The notes beneath the pieces are model-generated. The model did no database searches. It had not been told where the DNA came from and worked only from the letters and a program-made list of their open reading frames with translations. This document shows, piece after piece, positions 43,870 through 53,466 of a stretch of 64,000 nucleotides of DNA (within the stretch, counting starts at the first letter, position 1; each line of letters begins with the position of its first letter). The translations under genes were made by a program, and so were the position numbers. The DNA comes from an uncultured Pseudobdellovibrionaceae bacterium (GTDB taxonomy: Bacteria; Bdellovibrionota; Bdellovibrionia; Bdellovibrionales; UBA1609), in NCBI GenBank assembly GCA_963803705.1, contig CAWDNU010000001.1:224001-288000 (forward strand), written 5' to 3'.

Positions 43870-43905
43870 GTGGCAAGTGAGTTAAAGGGGACAAAGAAAG
43901 AGGGG

Positions 43906-44409
43906 TTATCTTTGAGTTTCAACACTTGTCACTAAAATAGAATTCAAAAACTTGTTACTTCTAAAACCGTAATTCTTTAAGTTATTTCTGGGGGAGCGAA
44001 GATTTGCCATGTTGGGTCTTATATTTGCAAGCCTAAGACCCTTAACTAAATAGGTAGTTCCAGGGTGCAGGCTGTTTGTAATTTCATCGTTTGAGTCAAC
44101 ATAAAATATTTCGTCTGAGGTCGCGGATATGAAAAGAAACCTTCCTTCAGCAGATTCAAGCGTGAAAGTTCCAATATCCTCGAAAGGATAAATTAGCAAT
44201 TGTGAATTAACATTAAAGTTAGAATTTGGTCTGTTTACACTAGGTTCTACGCTATGTTTACGAATCACTTCACTAAGTCGTTTTTCAAGGTTCAGAAGAG
44301 CATCATTATGGTTAACGCTTTCCCCGCTGGCTTTCGCTGTGGCTGACAGAACCAAAACGATAGCTATATAAATGACTACTAAAAGTTGCTTCCAATAATT
44401 TCTAATCAT
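43906..44409 (-). CDS. Hypothetical secreted protein
   Basis: Signal peptide ending AKA; GGGG RBS; own promoter and terminator. Confidence 0.75.
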   Translation of the reverse strand: MIRNYWKQLLVVIYIAIVLVLSATAKASGESVNHNDALLNLEKRLSEVIRKHSVEPSVNRPNSNFNVNSQLLIYPFEDIGTFTLESAEGRFLFISATSDEIFYVDSNDEITNSLHPGTTYLVKGLRLANIRPNMANLRSPRNNLKNYGFRSNKFLNSILVTSVETQR

Positions 44410-44439
44410 AGCTTCCCCGAAAATCCTACTAAAGGTAAG

Positions 44440-44455
44440 GCAAGTGTTGTGCCAA
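44440..44455 (-). promoter_or_regulatory. Putative sigma54 -24/-12 promoter
   Basis: TTGGCAC-AACAC-TTGC, 30 nt upstream of the ATG. Confidence 0.7.
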
Positions 44456-44634
44456 AAATTCTGGACTTTAAAGCTAATAGTTTCTATTTCACACTCAATG
44501 CATTAAAATAAAATTGATGAAAAGTACAAAGATGGAACCAGTGCTTCCAATAATTTTGATAAACCTAACAATTCCATATACTTGGGTGCTTCGGTTCCAA
44601 ATTGGTACAAAAACTTTTTTGGAACCAGGTTGAT

Positions 44635-47600
44635 ATGTCAAAAAAATGGATAATTAAGGATGCACTGGATCAGATATCCGGACCCTTCAACACTTCGGAA
44701 GTCATTCGAAGAATTCACCAAGGACTAGTCACCGAGGTGGATTACCTAGCGCATTATCCGGAAGGCAAGTGGATTCCTGTTACAAAAAATCAAATTTTTT
44801 TCGACGAGATGCTGGCTTCAATCTCTCAGACAAATTCAAGCTCAAAGCCTAATGGGTTTAAAGATAGTAGTAACGAAATTAAATCAATTGAAATGGACGA
44901 ACAAGATAAAACAGAAGCTTTATCCAAAACGGTCAAGTTAGAAAAAACTAAAAAGCTTGAAAACGCAGATACAGTAAATGGCAATGATGATGAGAAGACT
45001 GAATTAATTAGTATTAAGAGTGAAAACTTAGATTCTGTTAATCAAAATTTGAAGGCTACAAAAGAATTCAGAGCAAAAAAAAACTTGCCAGAATACACAG
45101 CCAAACAAACCCACCAAATTTATTCCAGAAACGAGCTTTTAGATTTAAAGAAACATAGGCATCAAACCTTTGTAGATAGATATAGAAAAGAATTATCAAT
45201 ACTTTTGCTGATAGTTAGTTTTGTAGGTGCAGGCATATTTTTGTGGCCTGCAGCTAAAGATGATATTAAGGGAGACAACTTTAAGCTAAGAGCTCCTCGT
45301 TTTGACAGGAAGCCGATTAGCAAATCAATTGAAATGAGCTCTTATAGAACTGCCTTAGATCGGATTCATAAAGGTAGTTTCACTAATTTCAGAGATGCTC
45401 ACAATGGCCTTATTAAAATCTTAGAAAGTTATTCACAAAATATTGATGCGCTGTCGATGCTTTGTTTTACAAATTATCACCTTTGGGAATTCACTCAAAA
45501 AACTTCAAAAGATCTTTTTGCCATCTCTTCAATCACTAAAAGGGCTTTGAAGATTGATAGATTTAGTGAAAAAGGCAGAATATGCAAATTTGTTAATTTG
45601 TCCGTACGGGGTAAATATGATGAAGCCCAAAAAGTGGTCGATGATGTTTTGGACAGCGAACAAGGTGCCACTTCGGTCATTTTTAGTTATTTTAATGGGG
45701 TTCTAAAATTTTATAAAAAAGAATTTATTGCTTCAGAAAGTTATTTGTCCGCAGCGATTTCAAGAAGCCGAAGTCAGCAGGATAAGAAAAACGGACATAG
45801 TAGTGAGTTTGCAGTGATGTGGGTAAGCCTAGCAGACTCAAATATTAATCTAAGTAAGTCTAATTTAGCTTATAAATCGGCGCTTAGGGCGCTAATGATC
45901 AACACTGAATATGTGGATGCCCATTTACTGAAAGGGATTATAGAGTATCGCTTTCAACGAAAAAACAAACTTGCAAAGGCAACCTTGCAGAAAGCTTTGG
46001 TATATGCCAAAAACGACAAACCGAACAAGAAGAAACTTTCAGATGCTTACGTAGTTTTGGCAGAAATCGCACTGTTCGAAAGGCGTCGAAGCACCGCTCT
46101 AGAATATGCTATTGCAGCTTACAATTATAATCCAGGAAATTCGGTGGCCAAAAACTTAGCGATTGAGCTTGGTGGAAATCGCAAAGTTGGTAAGAAGACT
46201 GTTTTATCACAACAGTTAGTTATTGAGGGTGAGCAAAACCTACAGGAAAGCGGCTGCTCTTCTGCCCAAGCTTTTTTCAAAGAAGCTTATAAATTAGATC
46301 CAAAAAATGGATATGCAGCCTTAAAAACAGCACAATGTTTATGGGAACTAAGTTTTACAACTGACGCAATTGAATGGATAGAAAGGGCGATACAGTCTGA
46401 TCCAAGCTTAACTGAGGCTTATGTTATTGCAGCTGGTTTCTATGCCCAAAGATACGATTTTGATTCTGCAATGCAGATCTTATTGAAAGCTAAAAAAATT
46501 TCCCCTCGCAGTTACGAGGTATATAGAGGGTTAGCACGGTTAGAACTAAAGAGAGATAACCCCCAACTATCTATTGAATATGCAAAAATCGCTTTAAAAA
46601 TATATGATGCTGACACAGACTCTTTAATTTTAATGTCAAAAGCGCTTTATGAGTTAGACCAAAGCCAAGAGGCTTTTAAGTATATCGTTCAAGCCAGTGA
46701 AAATGACTCTAGAAACGTAGATGTTCATGTTATGTACGGGAAAATTTTATATAAAACTCAAGGAGTTTTTGCATCTCAAGAATATCTGAAGAATAGAATA
46801 GCCAGCTTCCCTCTAGAGGCAGCTTACCGAGTTGCTTTAGCGGAGGTTTATCTTGAGGATCAAAAATTTTTGAATGCTGCGCAAACTGCAAAAGACGCTA
46901 TTGAATATGATAGCAAATCCAAAGAGGCTTTTTTGGTGTTGGGAAAAGCTTTAAAAGCTTTGGATAAAAAAGAAAGAGCTTTAAATTTTTTCTTAGACGC
47001 TTTTAGTCTAGATCCCTCTGATGCTGAGCCTTTGTTTGAGGCCGGTCAGCTATATATAGATATTGGTAAGTATGACGAAGCTATCAAGCGGTTTGAAAGA
47101 GTACTAAAGATGAATAAGTTGTATCCAGCTATTTACTACAATTTGGCTAAGGTTTACTTTGCACAACGTAAGATGGGTAAAGCCCTTGAGCATTGCAAAA
47201 TTGAAATTGAATTAGACCCTAAAAAAGATCAATGCTTTGTTTTAAGCGCTGAGGCTAACTTCTTTAAAGCAAATCAAGCAAAAAACAAGCTTTCAAGATT
47301 GAATTCCCGAAAGCTAAACCCTGATAACGTTGAGCTAACTGAAAATGAGAAGAAAGTAACCTACAATCGAATGATTTCTTTCTATAAGCTGTGTGCGGAA
47401 AACTACCAAAGAGCGATCGATATAATCCCACAGAGATCTTCGGTATACATCGACTTATCTCGATGTTATCGATTTGCAGGCGAATTTGATATGTCACAGA
47501 AAATGGTAGAAAAGGCGCTGGATATTGAGCCTGGTAACCCTGTTGTGTGGCGAGAAAATGGCCTTTTGTTTGAACAAAAAGGCGAGTATGCTCTAGCTTT

Positions 47601-47700
47601 GGAAGCATACAAACAGTATTTAACTTTAAATCCGTCAGCAAAAGATAGGAAGCCTATCGTAAGACAGATGAAAGAGTTAGAATCTAAAATCAAACTCTGA
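44635..47700 (+). CDS. Large TPR membrane protein with an N-terminal GYF_2-like domain
   Basis: WII......SGPF...E....I.QG.......W.P N-terminus; one TM; many TPRs. Confidence 0.8.
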   Translation: MSKKWIIKDALDQISGPFNTSEVIRRIHQGLVTEVDYLAHYPEGKWIPVTKNQIFFDEMLASISQTNSSSKPNGFKDSSNEIKSIEMDEQDKTEALSKTVKLEKTKKLENADTVNGNDDEKTELISIKSENLDSVNQNLKATKEFRAKKNLPEYTAKQTHQIYSRNELLDLKKHRHQTFVDRYRKELSILLLIVSFVGAGIFLWPAAKDDIKGDNFKLRAPRFDRKPISKSIEMSSYRTALDRIHKGSFTNFRDAHNGLIKILESYSQNIDALSMLCFTNYHLWEFTQKTSKDLFAISSITKRALKIDRFSEKGRICKFVNLSVRGKYDEAQKVVDDVLDSEQGATSVIFSYFNGVLKFYKKEFIASESYLSAAISRSRSQQDKKNGHSSEFAVMWVSLADSNINLSKSNLAYKSALRALMINTEYVDAHLLKGIIEYRFQRKNKLAKATLQKALVYAKNDKPNKKKLSDAYVVLAEIALFERRRSTALEYAIAAYNYNPGNSVAKNLAIELGGNRKVGKKTVLSQQLVIEGEQNLQESGCSSAQAFFKEAYKLDPKNGYAALKTAQCLWELSFTTDAIEWIERAIQSDPSLTEAYVIAAGFYAQRYDFDSAMQILLKAKKISPRSYEVYRGLARLELKRDNPQLSIEYAKIALKIYDADTDSLILMSKALYELDQSQEAFKYIVQASENDSRNVDVHVMYGKILYKTQGVFASQEYLKNRIASFPLEAAYRVALAEVYLEDQKFLNAAQTAKDAIEYDSKSKEAFLVLGKALKALDKKERALNFFLDAFSLDPSDAEPLFEAGQLYIDIGKYDEAIKRFERVLKMNKLYPAIYYNLAKVYFAQRKMGKALEHCKIEIELDPKKDQCFVLSAEANFFKANQAKNKLSRLNSRKLNPDNVELTENEKKVTYNRMISFYKLCAENYQRAIDIIPQRSSVYIDLSRCYRFAGEFDMSQKMVEKALDIEPGNPVVWRENGLLFEQKGEYALALEAYKQYLTLNPSAKDRKPIVRQMKELESKIKL

Positions 47701-47706
47701 GGCCCG

Positions 47707-47991
47707 ATGTCTAGTGCGCGTGAATTTACAAAAACTCCGTCTTTGTTCTTTTTTAGATTAATTTTCAAAGGCGTTTCCGCCTTCTTTGTTGGAGTGACAG
47801 CCGCGCTTGTTTTTCATGTTTTTTTTAACTATAGAACTTTTGGATTTGTTTTTGTCGGAGTTGTTTTTTCTGGCTTGGTTCTAAAGTTTTTAGGTAAATC
47901 AAGTTTACTGAAAGTGTTTTTATTTGATGTTGCTTTCATATTTTTGTTACTTCTGCTAAAAACATACATTACTTTAGCGCCCAATGCTTAG
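47707..47991 (+). CDS. Small membrane protein (about 3 TM)
   Basis: Hydrophobic 94-aa ORF packed tightly between the TPR gene and serS. Confidence 0.7.
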   Translation: MSSAREFTKTPSLFFFRLIFKGVSAFFVGVTAALVFHVFFNYRTFGFVFVGVVFSGLVLKFLGKSSLLKVFLFDVAFIFLLLLLKTYITLAPNA

Positions 47992-48001
47992 GAGTTTATA
48001 G

Positions 48002-49309
48002 GTGATAGATATAAAGTGGCTTGAGTCTGACAAAGTGGATTCGAACTGGAATATGCTGCCCGAAAAAGTTTATCGAAAAAACTTAAGAGATAGGGGTGAA
48101 AATTCATCTGTAGTGGATCAAATTCTGGCTTTAAACGAGCTCAGAAAGAAAAGTATATTTGAAGCCGAAACTAAAAAATCAGAGCTAAACACTATTAGTA
48201 AACAGGTGGCAGAGTTAAAACGAGCAAAAAAAGATGCCTCGCAGATTATTAGTGAAACCCAAGACTTGTCTAAATCGATTAAAAATTTGTCCCAGACTGC
48301 CGATGAATATAATGATAATTTGAAACAACTTTTATCAAGAGTTCCAAATCAGTCTGATCCGTCGGTTCCAATTGGAAAAAGTGAAGTCGACAACATTAAA
48401 ATAAGATCTTTTGGCGAGCCAAGGAAATTTGCTTTCAAACCTCTTGACCACGCTGAGATTGGCGAAAAAACAGGACTTATCGATTTTGAAAAGGCAGGTG
48501 AAGTTACTGGAGCCAGGTTTTCATTTTTAAGATCGAGTTTTGCAAAAATGGAAAGAGCGTTAATTCAGCTGATGTTAGACACTCACACTCTAGAACATGG
48601 TTACGAAGAATTTGTGCCCCCGTTTATAGTAAATTCAAAAAGCTTATTCGGTACTACAAATTTGCCAAAATTTGAGGAAGACTTATTTAAATTAAAAGAC
48701 ACAGACTATTATTTAATCCCTACTGCAGAAGTTCCTTTGACTAATTATGTATGCGATGAAATTTTAAACGAGTCAGATTTACCCTTAAAATTTACTGCTT
48801 ATACACCATGTTTTAGATCTGAAGCCGGAAATTATGGCAAAGATACGAAAGGTTTGATAAGACAGCATCAGTTCAATAAGGTTGAATTGGTAAAAATTAG
48901 TCATCCAGAAAATTCTGATATCGAACACGAAGCATTACTAAAAGATGCAGAACATATTTTGCAGCTTCTAGAGTTGCCTTACGAAGTGATGAATTTATGC
49001 ACAGGCGATATTAGTTTCGGAGCTAAAAAATGCTATGACATTAATGTTTGGTTGCCTGGTCAAAATAGCTATCGAGAGATAAGTTCCTGTTCTAATTTTG
49101 GTGACTTCCAGGCACGACGAGCCAATATCAGATTTAAATCAGGTAAAAAAGGTTCTAAGCCAAGTTTTTGTCATACGATCAACGGTTCTGGCTTGGCTGT
49201 AGGAAGAACTTTAGTGGCTATAATTGAAAATTACCAGAATGAAGATGGAACAATTAGTGTTCCAAGTGTGTTACAAAAATATTTTAACGGTATAAAAACC
49301 ATAGGATAA
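48002..49309 (+). CDS. serS: Seryl-tRNA synthetase
   Basis: LIPTAEVP, FRSEAG, RQHQF.KVE, EISSCSN, NGSGLAVGR. Confidence 0.98.
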   Translation: MIDIKWLESDKVDSNWNMLPEKVYRKNLRDRGENSSVVDQILALNELRKKSIFEAETKKSELNTISKQVAELKRAKKDASQIISETQDLSKSIKNLSQTADEYNDNLKQLLSRVPNQSDPSVPIGKSEVDNIKIRSFGEPRKFAFKPLDHAEIGEKTGLIDFEKAGEVTGARFSFLRSSFAKMERALIQLMLDTHTLEHGYEEFVPPFIVNSKSLFGTTNLPKFEEDLFKLKDTDYYLIPTAEVPLTNYVCDEILNESDLPLKFTAYTPCFRSEAGNYGKDTKGLIRQHQFNKVELVKISHPENSDIEHEALLKDAEHILQLLELPYEVMNLCTGDISFGAKKCYDINVWLPGQNSYREISSCSNFGDFQARRANIRFKSGKKGSKPSFCHTINGSGLAVGRTLVAIIENYQNEDGTISVPSVLQKYFNGIKTIG

Positions 49310-49318
49310 ATTTAAAGT

Positions 49319-51124
49319 ATGACATTTTTTAAATATTTATTTGCAACAGTTGTTGGAGTTATTCTCGGTTTTTTTACCTGCGTTTTACTAGCCGCAGGTA
49401 TAATCGGATTATTAATTTCCAGTGCCGAAAAAATGACATCTAAGTCTGGTTCAAAGGAAATTAATGCAGGAAGTTTTCTTGTATTAGAATTAGACCAGAA
49501 GATTCCTGAATTCAAAGACGAATTTTCAATGTTATTTAACCGAGGCTTGGTGCTTAAAGATTATATCGAAATGATCAAAGCCGCTGAAACTGATAAATCA
49601 ATTCGTGGAATCTTGATAAAGATTTCATCTACTCCTCAGGGATGGAGCACAATCAAAACTTTGCGATCTGCTTTAGCAAAATTTAAATCGACTAAAAAAC
49701 CTATCTTCACATACTCAGAATTCTTAGACGAGCGCTCGTATTATTTGGCATCGCTATCAACGAAGATTTTCTTACACCCTACTGCCGAATTTTCCTGGGA
49801 CGGTTTTGGTTTAAATCCAACATTTTATAAAGGTTTTTTTGATAAGATCGGAGTAAGCCCTATAGTTTTTAGAGTAGGAAAGTTCAAGTCGGCCGTCGAA
49901 CCTTATATACAAAAGCAAATGAGCGATCCAAATAAACGCCAAATTAATGAATTGATTGATGATATTTGGCAAGAAGTTATCTCGGCCGTTTCAAAAGACA
50001 GGGATGTATCAGAAGAGTCTTTAAACGAAATTTCAGAAAATTTACTAGTAAGATCTGCGGACGAAGCTTTAGAAATGAAACTTGTGGACGAGCTAATGAC
50101 TGAATCTGAGGTTTTTGAAAAGTTAATTTTAAAAAAAGAAATTGCAAAAATAGAAAAGAATGATTTTAAAAAATTAGTCAGTTCAAAGTCTTATTGGTCT
50201 TTAAAGAGTGGCGAATTAGGCTTCAAAAGCCAGTTCTTTGGATCGAACTTAGAGGATACAAAAAAACCTACAATAGCTACAATTACTTTAGAGGGAACTA
50301 TTATTTCAGGTCCGGGTTCTGATGGAATGGTGGGTTCAGAGGACGTAGTAAAAAGAATTTTAAAAGCAAAGTACGCTAAGAATGTAAAAGGTGTAATAGT
50401 AAGAATTAATAGCCCAGGCGGAAGCGCCTTAGCTTCAGATGTTATTTGGACTGAACTTAAAAAATTAAGAGAAGTGAAACCAGTTTTTGCATCTTTTGGC
50501 GATGTTGCAGCTTCTGGAGGCTACTACATAGGAGTCGCAGCGGAAAAAATTTTCGCCCACGAAAATACGATTACTGGATCAATTGGTGTTTACAGTGTGC
50601 TGTTCAACCTACAAACATTGGCAACAAGCAAATTGGGATTTACTTTTGACCGTGTAGTCAGCCATCCATTTGCAGATAGAGGTTCGCCATTTAGGCCAAT
50701 GACAGCTCAAGAGGCAACTTTTTTTCAAGAGGATACCAATAGAGTGTATCAAAGATTTATAGAAGTTGTTCAATTGGGTCGTGAATTTGACACCTACGAG
50801 AGCGTACACTCAATTGCTCAGGGCCGAGTGTGGTCAGGTCTTCAAGCAAAACAAATAGGTTTAGTAGATGAGCTAGGCGGAATGGAAGATGCGATCACTA
50901 GTTTAGCTGCACAACTTAAACTACCGAAAGATTTTGAGGTCAAAGAAGTTCAAGGTGAAACTGATTTTGAACTTATCTTTGCTTCATTTTTAAGTCGAGC
51001 GGGTTTAGACAGTTTAGTATTAAAGTATTTTAAAAATCCAGAGCTCAATGTTTTTATTCGAAATAAAGATTTCAATCTCAAAGAAAGAATTTGGTCTTTG
51101 AGCCCAGAATTAAATATCGATTAA
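49319..51124 (+). CDS. sppA: Signal peptide peptidase SppA (67K type)
   Basis: GKFKSAVEP, RINSPGGS, AASGGYYI, TITGSIGV, GRVWSG. Confidence 0.95.
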   Translation: MTFFKYLFATVVGVILGFFTCVLLAAGIIGLLISSAEKMTSKSGSKEINAGSFLVLELDQKIPEFKDEFSMLFNRGLVLKDYIEMIKAAETDKSIRGILIKISSTPQGWSTIKTLRSALAKFKSTKKPIFTYSEFLDERSYYLASLSTKIFLHPTAEFSWDGFGLNPTFYKGFFDKIGVSPIVFRVGKFKSAVEPYIQKQMSDPNKRQINELIDDIWQEVISAVSKDRDVSEESLNEISENLLVRSADEALEMKLVDELMTESEVFEKLILKKEIAKIEKNDFKKLVSSKSYWSLKSGELGFKSQFFGSNLEDTKKPTIATITLEGTIISGPGSDGMVGSEDVVKRILKAKYAKNVKGVIVRINSPGGSALASDVIWTELKKLREVKPVFASFGDVAASGGYYIGVAAEKIFAHENTITGSIGVYSVLFNLQTLATSKLGFTFDRVVSHPFADRGSPFRPMTAQEATFFQEDTNRVYQRFIEVVQLGREFDTYESVHSIAQGRVWSGLQAKQIGLVDELGGMEDAITSLAAQLKLPKDFEVKEVQGETDFELIFASFLSRAGLDSLVLKYFKNPELNVFIRNKDFNLKERIWSLSPELNID

Positions 51125-51211
51125 ACTTTGGGTAAAATTGAATAAAAAATGGGCAAAATACCCAATAGAAATAACTTGAATACCCCTGCCAAAAACACTA
51201 CAACCATAAGT

Positions 51212-51301
51212 GGAAGAATGGCAGAGCGGTTGAATGCACCAGTCTTGAAAACTGGCGGACCTTCGCGGGTCTCGGGGGTTCGAATCCCCCTTCTTCCGCC
51301 A
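51212..51301 (+). tRNA. tRNA-Ser(TGA)
   Basis: GGAAGAA/TTCTTCC acceptor stem; CCAGT-CTTGAAA-ACTGG anticodon arm; long variable arm; GGTTCGAATCC; encoded CCA. Confidence 0.97.
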
Positions 51302-51523
51302 AAATAATCAATTGATAAAATGCGATACAGTTTTTATCTAGACCGTAGCTGCCGATATCAGACTGAGCAATAGAACGACTATCAATTATTGTCATAAAGG
51401 CACATCTACCAAAGTGTTTAGATGCTTGGTTTTCAATAAAGCACTTCCTTGTTTAATAAGGAACTAACTCTTCATTTTCTTATGTTCTATTGCTAGAATA
51501 AATTAAATTTCGCTGGAGAGACA

Positions 51524-51943
51524 ATGGGTATTGTTAAAGAATTTAGGGAATTCGCAGTCAAAGGCAACGTTGTTGACATGGCCGTGGGAATTATTATTGG
51601 TGCCTCGTTTGGTGCCATTGTCAAAAGCTTGGTTGACGGAATTATAATGCCACCGATCGGAATGCTAGTCGGAAATTCGGGTTTCGAAGAACTTTTTTAT
51701 GACCTTTCTGGTAAGGGGTTTTCGACCTTAGCCGAAGCCTCTGCTTCAGGAGCCCCGGTTCTTAAGTACGGATTATTTATTCAATCTGTTGTTGATTTTC
51801 TAATTGTAGCAGTTGCTATCTTTATAATGGTTAAAGCAATAAACTCTGCTAAAAGAAAAGAGCAAGTGGCGCCCACCAGACCCGCTCCAACCCCCGAAGA
51901 TATTCTACTTTTGAGAGAAATTCGCGATTCACTTAGAAAATAG
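51524..51943 (+). CDS. mscL: Large-conductance mechanosensitive channel
   Basis: EFREFAVKGNVVDMAVGIIIG and LLREIRDSL motifs. Confidence 0.97.
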   Translation: MGIVKEFREFAVKGNVVDMAVGIIIGASFGAIVKSLVDGIIMPPIGMLVGNSGFEELFYDLSGKGFSTLAEASASGAPVLKYGLFIQSVVDFLIVAVAIFIMVKAINSAKRKEQVAPTRPAPTPEDILLLREIRDSLRK

Positions 51944-51965
51944 GTCACAAAAAGGTATATAAGAT

Positions 51966-52925
51966 ATGAAAGTAGGAGTTTTAACAAGTGGTGGCGACGC
52001 GCCTGGGATGAACGCTGCCATAAGATCTTGTGTTAGATCTCTTATTTATTTTGGGCATCAACCCATCGGCATAAAACGTGGTTTTCAAGGCCTTGTTGAT
52101 AAAGATTTTACCGAAATGAACTTGCGTTCGGTGGCTAACATTATCCATCGCGGTGGAACTGTTTTAAAAACCTCAAGATTTGAAGATTTCAAAAAAAAAG
52201 AAATAAGAAATTTAGCATTCAAAAACTTGCAAGACCATCAGATCAAAAAATTAATAGTGATAGGTGGTAATGGCAGTTATATGGGCGCCAAGACACTTTA
52301 TGATGAGTTTGAGTTTGTTTCTTGTGGTATCCCAGGAACCATTGATAACGATATTGATAATACCGATGAAACTATTGGCTTTGATACCGCTTTGAACACA
52401 GCTATCGAAGCGATAGATCGAATTAGAGATACTGCTAATTCCCATGAAAGATTATTTGTAGTGGAGGTTATGGGTAGAGATAATCCGGATTTGCCATTAG
52501 CCATTGCACTTGCTTGTGGTGCAGAATTTCCGCTGATCTTCAAATCGGAAAAATCAATTGATGAGACTCATAAAAAAATTAAAGAAGGATTAAGCAAAGG
52601 TAAAAAATCTAGCATCATTATCGTGGCCGAGAACGATCATAACGCTATAGAAAAACTTAAAGTGTCTTTAAAAAATGAAGATCTAGACTACAGAGTTTCA
52701 GTTTTAGGCCATATGCAAAGAGGGGGTGCACCTAGTGCAAAAGACCGAATTCTAGCCTCTCATATGGGTTTCGCAGCTTCGCAAGCTATTGGTAGCATGG
52801 CTACGCTAAGCTTTGTTTCAAAGTTGAAAGGTGATATCGTGATTAGCAAGCATGATGCGAAATTTAGTGCGGACACTTCAATAGTCGAAAAGAGCTTGAA
52901 GTTAATTGAAGTCCTGTCTAAGTAG
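51966..52925 (+). CDS. pfkA: ATP-dependent 6-phosphofructokinase
   Basis: TSGGDAPGMNAA, GTIDNDI, EVMGR, LGHMQRGG. Confidence 0.95.
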   Translation: MKVGVLTSGGDAPGMNAAIRSCVRSLIYFGHQPIGIKRGFQGLVDKDFTEMNLRSVANIIHRGGTVLKTSRFEDFKKKEIRNLAFKNLQDHQIKKLIVIGGNGSYMGAKTLYDEFEFVSCGIPGTIDNDIDNTDETIGFDTALNTAIEAIDRIRDTANSHERLFVVEVMGRDNPDLPLAIALACGAEFPLIFKSEKSIDETHKKIKEGLSKGKKSSIIIVAENDHNAIEKLKVSLKNEDLDYRVSVLGHMQRGGAPSAKDRILASHMGFAASQAIGSMATLSFVSKLKGDIVISKHDAKFSADTSIVEKSLKLIEVLSK

Positions 52926-53466
52926 GTTTTTTAAATGAAACTAGAGACGCACTTGTTTCGACGTTGTTGCCCTCGCTGACAAAAATCCGATCAATAACGC
53001 AGTCATTGGCAGCGCGCATCTCATTTTCCATTTTCATAGCTTCCATAATTAGTAGGGGTTCATCAGCTTTTACATTTTGACCCTCTTTTACAAAAATTTT
53101 GACAATTTTGCCCGGCATTCCAGCTTTTAAGTTATTTTGTCCACCTATCGCACCTCCACCACGTATTGATTCACGCAGTAAGATTTCGTCATTAACAATA
53201 GAAACGTTTCTGTAAGAGCCCCTAGAATAGACCTCGTAGTCAGTTCCGTACTTAACAATATCCACTAAATAAGAAGAGTCTTTAAAAAGCAGACTGATGT
53301 TTCCATCGTTGGCTACGGTAAAATTCTTTTTTGGAATCAAATACTCTTTCCATGTTTCTTCCTGATTACTTTCATCGACGATTAAAATTTTGATAAGCCA
53401 ATCTGAACGTTTATCATCAACTGTGACTCTGTAGGCTGTCTGATTTACCTTAGCTTCAAAATACAT
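52918..53466 (-). CDS. Biotin carboxyl carrier subunit of an acyl-CoA carboxylase
   Basis: MPGKIVK...EAMKMENE biotinylation motif. Confidence 0.93.
   Translation of the reverse strand: MYFEAKVNQTAYRVTVDDKRSDWLIKILIVDESNQEETWKEYLIPKKNFTVANDGNISLLFKDSSYLVDIVKYGTDYEVYSRGSYRNVSIVNDEILLRESIRGGGAIGGQNNLKAGMPGKIVKIFVKEGQNVKADEPLLIMEAMKMENEMRAANDCVIDRIFVSEGNNVETSASLVSFKKPT

Noticed and set aside
51332..51358. FliA-like GCCGATAT box after the tRNA
   Set aside because: No acceptable -35 element at N11 spacing
51302..51523. Integration site or island at the tRNA-Ser 3' end
   Set aside because: No integrase, no duplicated tRNA end seen, and core genes follow directly
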